A stretch of DNA of 64,000 nt from Chrysomallon squamiferum (Eukaryota; Animalia; Mollusca). This document shows, piece by piece, positions 60,401 through 64,000 of the stretch. How positions within the stretch are numbered: position 1 is the stretch's first letter; every line of letters starts with the position of its first letter. The stretch is taken from assembly GCA_012295275.1 (NCBI GenBank), contig CM022667.1, positions 7,006,001 to 7,070,000 on the forward strand, given 5' to 3'. Both the position numbers and the translations under genes were made by a program. The notes beneath the pieces are model-generated. The model made no database searches, had not been told where the DNA came from, and was given only the letters and a program-made list of their open reading frames with translations.

Positions 60401-63357
60401 TATGTCTACTCTATGTTCCTCTCTCTGTATATGTATTTATGTCTGTATGTCTATGTTCCTGTCTGACTGTATGTATGTATGTCTGTATGTCTACTCTGTG
60501 TTCCTCTCTCTGTATATGTATTTATGTCTGTATGTCTATGTTCCTGTCTGTCTGTATGTATGCATATTTATGTCTACTCTGTGTTCCTCTCTGTATATGT
60601 ATTTATGTCTGTATGTCTACTCTATGTTCCTCTCTGTATATGTATGTATGTCTGTATGTCTACTCTATGTTCCTCTCTGTATATGTATGTCTGTCTGTAT
60701 GTATGTATGTCTGTATGTCTACTCTGTGTTCCTCTCTCTGTATATGTATTTATGTCTGTATGTCTATGTTCCTGTCTGTCTGTATGTATGCATATTTATG
60801 TCTACTCTGTGTTCCTCTCTCTGTATATGTATTTATGTCTGTATGTCTATGTTCCTGTCTGTCTGTATGTATGCATATTTATGTCTACTCTGTGTTCCTC
60901 TCTCTGTATATGTATTTATGTCTGTATGTCTATGTTCCTGTCTGTCTGTATGTATGTATGTCTGTATGTCTACTCTATGTTCCTCTCTCTGTATATGTAT
61001 TTATGTCTGTATGTCTATGTTCCTGTCTGTCTGTATGTATTTATGTCTGTATGTCTATGTTCCTGTCTGTCTGTATGTATGTATGTCTGTATGTCTACTC
61101 TGTGTTCCTCTCTCTGTATATGTATTTATGTCTGTATGTCTATGTTCCTGTCTGTCTGTATGTATGCATATTTATGTCTACTCTGTGTTCCTCTCTCTGT
61201 ATATGTATTTATGTCTGTATGTATGCATATTTATGTCTACTCTGTGTTCCTCTCTCTGTATATGTATTTATGTCTGTATGTATGCATATTTATGTCTACT
61301 CTGTGTTCCTCTCTCTGTATATGTATTTATGTCTGTATGTCTATGTTCCTGTCTGTCTGTATGTATGTATGTCTGTATGTCTACTCTATGTTCCTCTCTC
61401 TGTATATGTATTTATGTCTGTATGTCTATGTTCCTGTCTGTCTGTATGTATGTATGTCTGTATGTCTACTCTATGTTCCTCTCTCTATATGTATTTATGT
61501 CTGTATGTCTATGTTCCTGTCTGTCTGTATGTATGTATGTCTGTATGTCTACTCTATGTTCCTCTCTCTGTATATGTATTTATGTCTGTATGTCTATGTT
61601 CCTGTCTGTCTGTATGCATGTATGTCTGTATGTCTACTCTATGTTCCTCTCTCTCTCTGTATGTGTGTATCTGTATCAAAGCATGTTTGTGGACTGCAGA
61701 AAAAGGAAAGAAAAAAGAAACATTTAATGAAGTTTACAAGTGTTAAACATTCAGTTAACATACAGTTAACATACAGTTAACATTCAGTTAACATACAGTT
61801 AGTGAGAGAAAATACATATCACCCCTGTCCTGCACTGGAGTGAAAAGTTAAAACAGATAAAGTGTTAACAAAAAGTTAAAACAGTGTTAACAAAATATTT
61901 GTTGTTGGTTTTTTTTAAATGTTAAACATCTAAGAAGCCAGTTTGAAGTCTGCCTGCCAGTTTTCTTCAACTCTGTTTGTAGTAATTAGTTTCTGTTTAA
62001 TGTCTTTCAGGTGTAAATAAACTGTTTTTTTAAAACCTTTTTCTTGTGACAGGATTCACAATGGGAGCTGGTCTGATGCCAGTGCTGTACGTGACTGGTG
62101 TAATTATGTGGACTCTGCTAGAATATTCAATTCACCGGTGGGTTTTCCACATGAAACCTGTGACCAACCACGCCTTCTTCATCATGACCCACTTCATACT
62201 GCATGGACAGCACCACAAAGTAAGTCAGTTATTTATCTCTTCAAGTTACCTACGTTTATTAACATAGAAAATGATTAATAACAGCCTGAATTCTGAGTGA
62301 ATTACTGTGTGTTACACAAGAAAGTGACTGGTAAGAAAACACACTTGACAGACATGTTTAACAAACAGATAAAAGAGTGTTTTTCTTTACCCAGTGTCCC
62401 ATGGACCAGATGAGACTGGTGTTTCCAACAATCCCTGCAGCTGGTTTCGCCATGGCCATATTTGGTATATACCGCATCTTCTGGCCTCACTATGTTGCCA
62501 TGACAATAATGGCGGGGACCGTAACTGGCTACATGTTTTATGATCTCATTCACTATTACCTGCATCATGGTGGAACTATGAAGACAGAATATTTCAAAAG
62601 TCTCAAAAAATATCACATAGACCACCATTACAAACATTTTCAAAGCGGTAAGTTTTCTCTACTACTTTCTATATAACAAGTTGTAACACACACCACTTTC
62701 TATATAACAAGTTGTAACACACACTACTTTCTATATAACAAGTTGTAACACACACTACTTTTTATATAACAAGTTGTAACACACACTACTTTCTATATAA
62801 CAAGTTGTAACACACACCACTTTCTATATAACAAGTTGTAACACACATTACTTTCTATATAACAAGTTGTAACACACACTACTTTCTATATAACAAGGTC
62901 ACACTACTTTCTATATAACAAGTTGTAACACACTATTTTCTGTATAACAAGTTGTAACACACACTACTTTCTATGTAACAAGTTGTAACATATACTACTT
63001 TCTATGTAACAAGTTGTAACACATTACTTTCTATATAGCAAGTTGTAACACACACTTCTTTCTATATAACAAGTTTAATAATTTGTAATATATACTCTGC
63101 AACACAGGAAGGGTATTAAAATGTAAAGAAAAAATTCATGACTAGTGTCTTGTTACAGCACTATTATTTTAGATTTTTTTTATTTTACAATTTATTTATT
63201 ATGTTTTTCCTTCTCATATTCATAACTGTGTTGGATGTTTTTTGTTGAGTATGTAAGTAAATGTTAACTCATTCATTTACTTTCTGTTTTAGGATTTGGG
63301 ATTTCAAGTAAGCTGTGGGATTATCCATTTGGAACTCTGGTTAAAATCACAGACTGA
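43312..63357 (+). CDS. FA2H: Fatty acid 2-hydroxylase (cytochrome b5 plus hydroxylase domain), ~349 aa
   Basis: Exons 43312-43569 (HPGG, HQHS), 53830-53883 (linker, less certain), 56098-56350, 62053-62219 (EYSIHRWVFH, HGQHHK), 62395-62647 (YDLIHYYLHHG, YHIDHHY), 63293-63357 (GFGISSKLWDYPFGT) total 1050 nt in frame. Confidence 0.94.
43562..43798 (+). repeat. ~119-bp tandem duplication that includes the FA2H exon 1 splice donor
   Basis: ATTCACAG|GTAAACTTATCTCAGGTG...GTAAACAAAC at 43562 and again at 43681. Confidence 0.88.
48570..50615. repeat. Complex TG-rich minisatellite in FA2H intron 1
   Basis: Recurrent core ATGTATGTTTGTGTGTGTTCTGTATATAAGTG with variable spacers. Confidence 0.92.
52507..52958. 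repeat. 36-bp minisatellite in FA2H intron 1
   Basis: Unit CACTAGAATTACTTGATCTGTTTTGTCTTTTCTACT. Confidence 0.92.
53952..55276. repeat. 53-bp minisatellite (~25 copies) in FA2H intron 2
   Basis: Unit GTCAGCCAAATTTCATGTCTTGCCTTGTAGTACTGTCAAGTGTTTTTAATACA. Confidence 0.95.
55480..55850 (+). mobile_element. Possible decayed non-LTR retrotransposon 3' fragment
   Basis: GC-richer island with broken frames (TKVAIH / WTPS...R...P...W), loosely reminiscent of RTE-type C-termini. No database check was possible. Confidence 0.2.
56430..57190. repeat. 35-37-bp AT-rich minisatellite in FA2H intron 3
   Basis: Unit ACATTTTAGTATAGAAATACATATTTTTATCTAAA. Confidence 0.9.
57586..61675. repeat. (TATG)n tract grading into a ~4-kb complex satellite in FA2H intron 3
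   Basis: Modules ATGTCTACTCTGTGTTCCTCTCTCTGTATATGTATTT and ATGTCTATGTTCCTGTCTGTCTGTATGT; source of the 1390, 1379 and 956 aa pseudo-ORFs. Confidence 0.95.
62660..63075. repeat. 31-bp minisatellite in FA2H intron 5
   Basis: Unit TTTCTATATAACAAGTTGTAACACACACTAC. Confidence 0.92.
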
Positions 63358-64000
63358 TTTTAATGTCCATTCATCCATACTTCCTTCTGTGATATTTACC
63401 AAGTTCAGATGTCAGCATCTTCTCCATGACGACAGAGAAATTTTAAAATTCAAATCATAAACTGGCAGCATATTTCTCTTTATTTCTGTAATATTTGTTA
63501 GAGTTTTGTATTCAGTTGTCTGCTAGAAATGCAGGTGTCACTTTTTAAATTATTTTTTTAATTATTTCACTCGTTATTGTCAGTGTGCACCTTAGTATGA
63601 CATCAAGAGTTATGGCCCATTATATTAAAAAATTTCCATTTTAAAAATCATTACAGTGCTATATTAATGAATAGTGTGTGTTTTTACACAAACCTTCTGA
63701 GAGTTGGGGTTTTTATAATTATTTTTTTTTGTCTGACATTTCTGTCAGCTCAGTTCAGTGCTAAAAGTTTGTGTGTTTGAGTCACTAGGTGCAGCAGACG
63801 CAACGTGTCAGCAACAGCAACAACAACCAGCAAAGAGCTCCTTGTAAGGGATTCATTTCAGATGCTGCTGTTGTTGTTTGTTTGTTGTTTTTTATTAAAA
63901 AAGATATTAATGTCTCATTTTCAATAATTGCTTATCTTAATTGATTTGGTAGTTTTTTTGTGTTTTTTTGTATTACTATTATTTCAGTCTGTCATAATAT

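Noticed and set aside
57574-61780. Very long ORFs (1390, 1379, 956 and 433 aa)
   Set aside because: Translations of a stop-poor satellite in overlapping frames inside an FA2H intron

Overview
AT-rich, intron-containing animal genomic DNA, full of micro- and minisatellites; it looks like an invertebrate, probably a mollusc (inference). There is a 200-N scaffold gap at 10094-10293. Spliced genes rebuilt by hand from GT-AG sites and frame continuity are: a BTB-BACK-Kelch gene (KLHL26-like, minus), a small secreted single-Ig-domain gene with a hydrophobic tail (plus), PYURF (minus) head-to-head with POP4 (plus), and KDSR (minus) head-to-head with FA2H (plus). Left of the gap are inverted copies of 11520-17697 and of part of KLHL intron 1. 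The two copies are nearly identical except in the Ig exon, where 17 residues differ against only 3 synonymous codon changes. A third, diverged exon of the same Ig family lies at 7485-7551. This candidate hypervariable Ig receptor family is the most notable signal. Also present: a 2.3-kb non-autonomous DNA transposon, many exon-adjacent minisatellites, and three single-base frameshifts that may be consensus errors.
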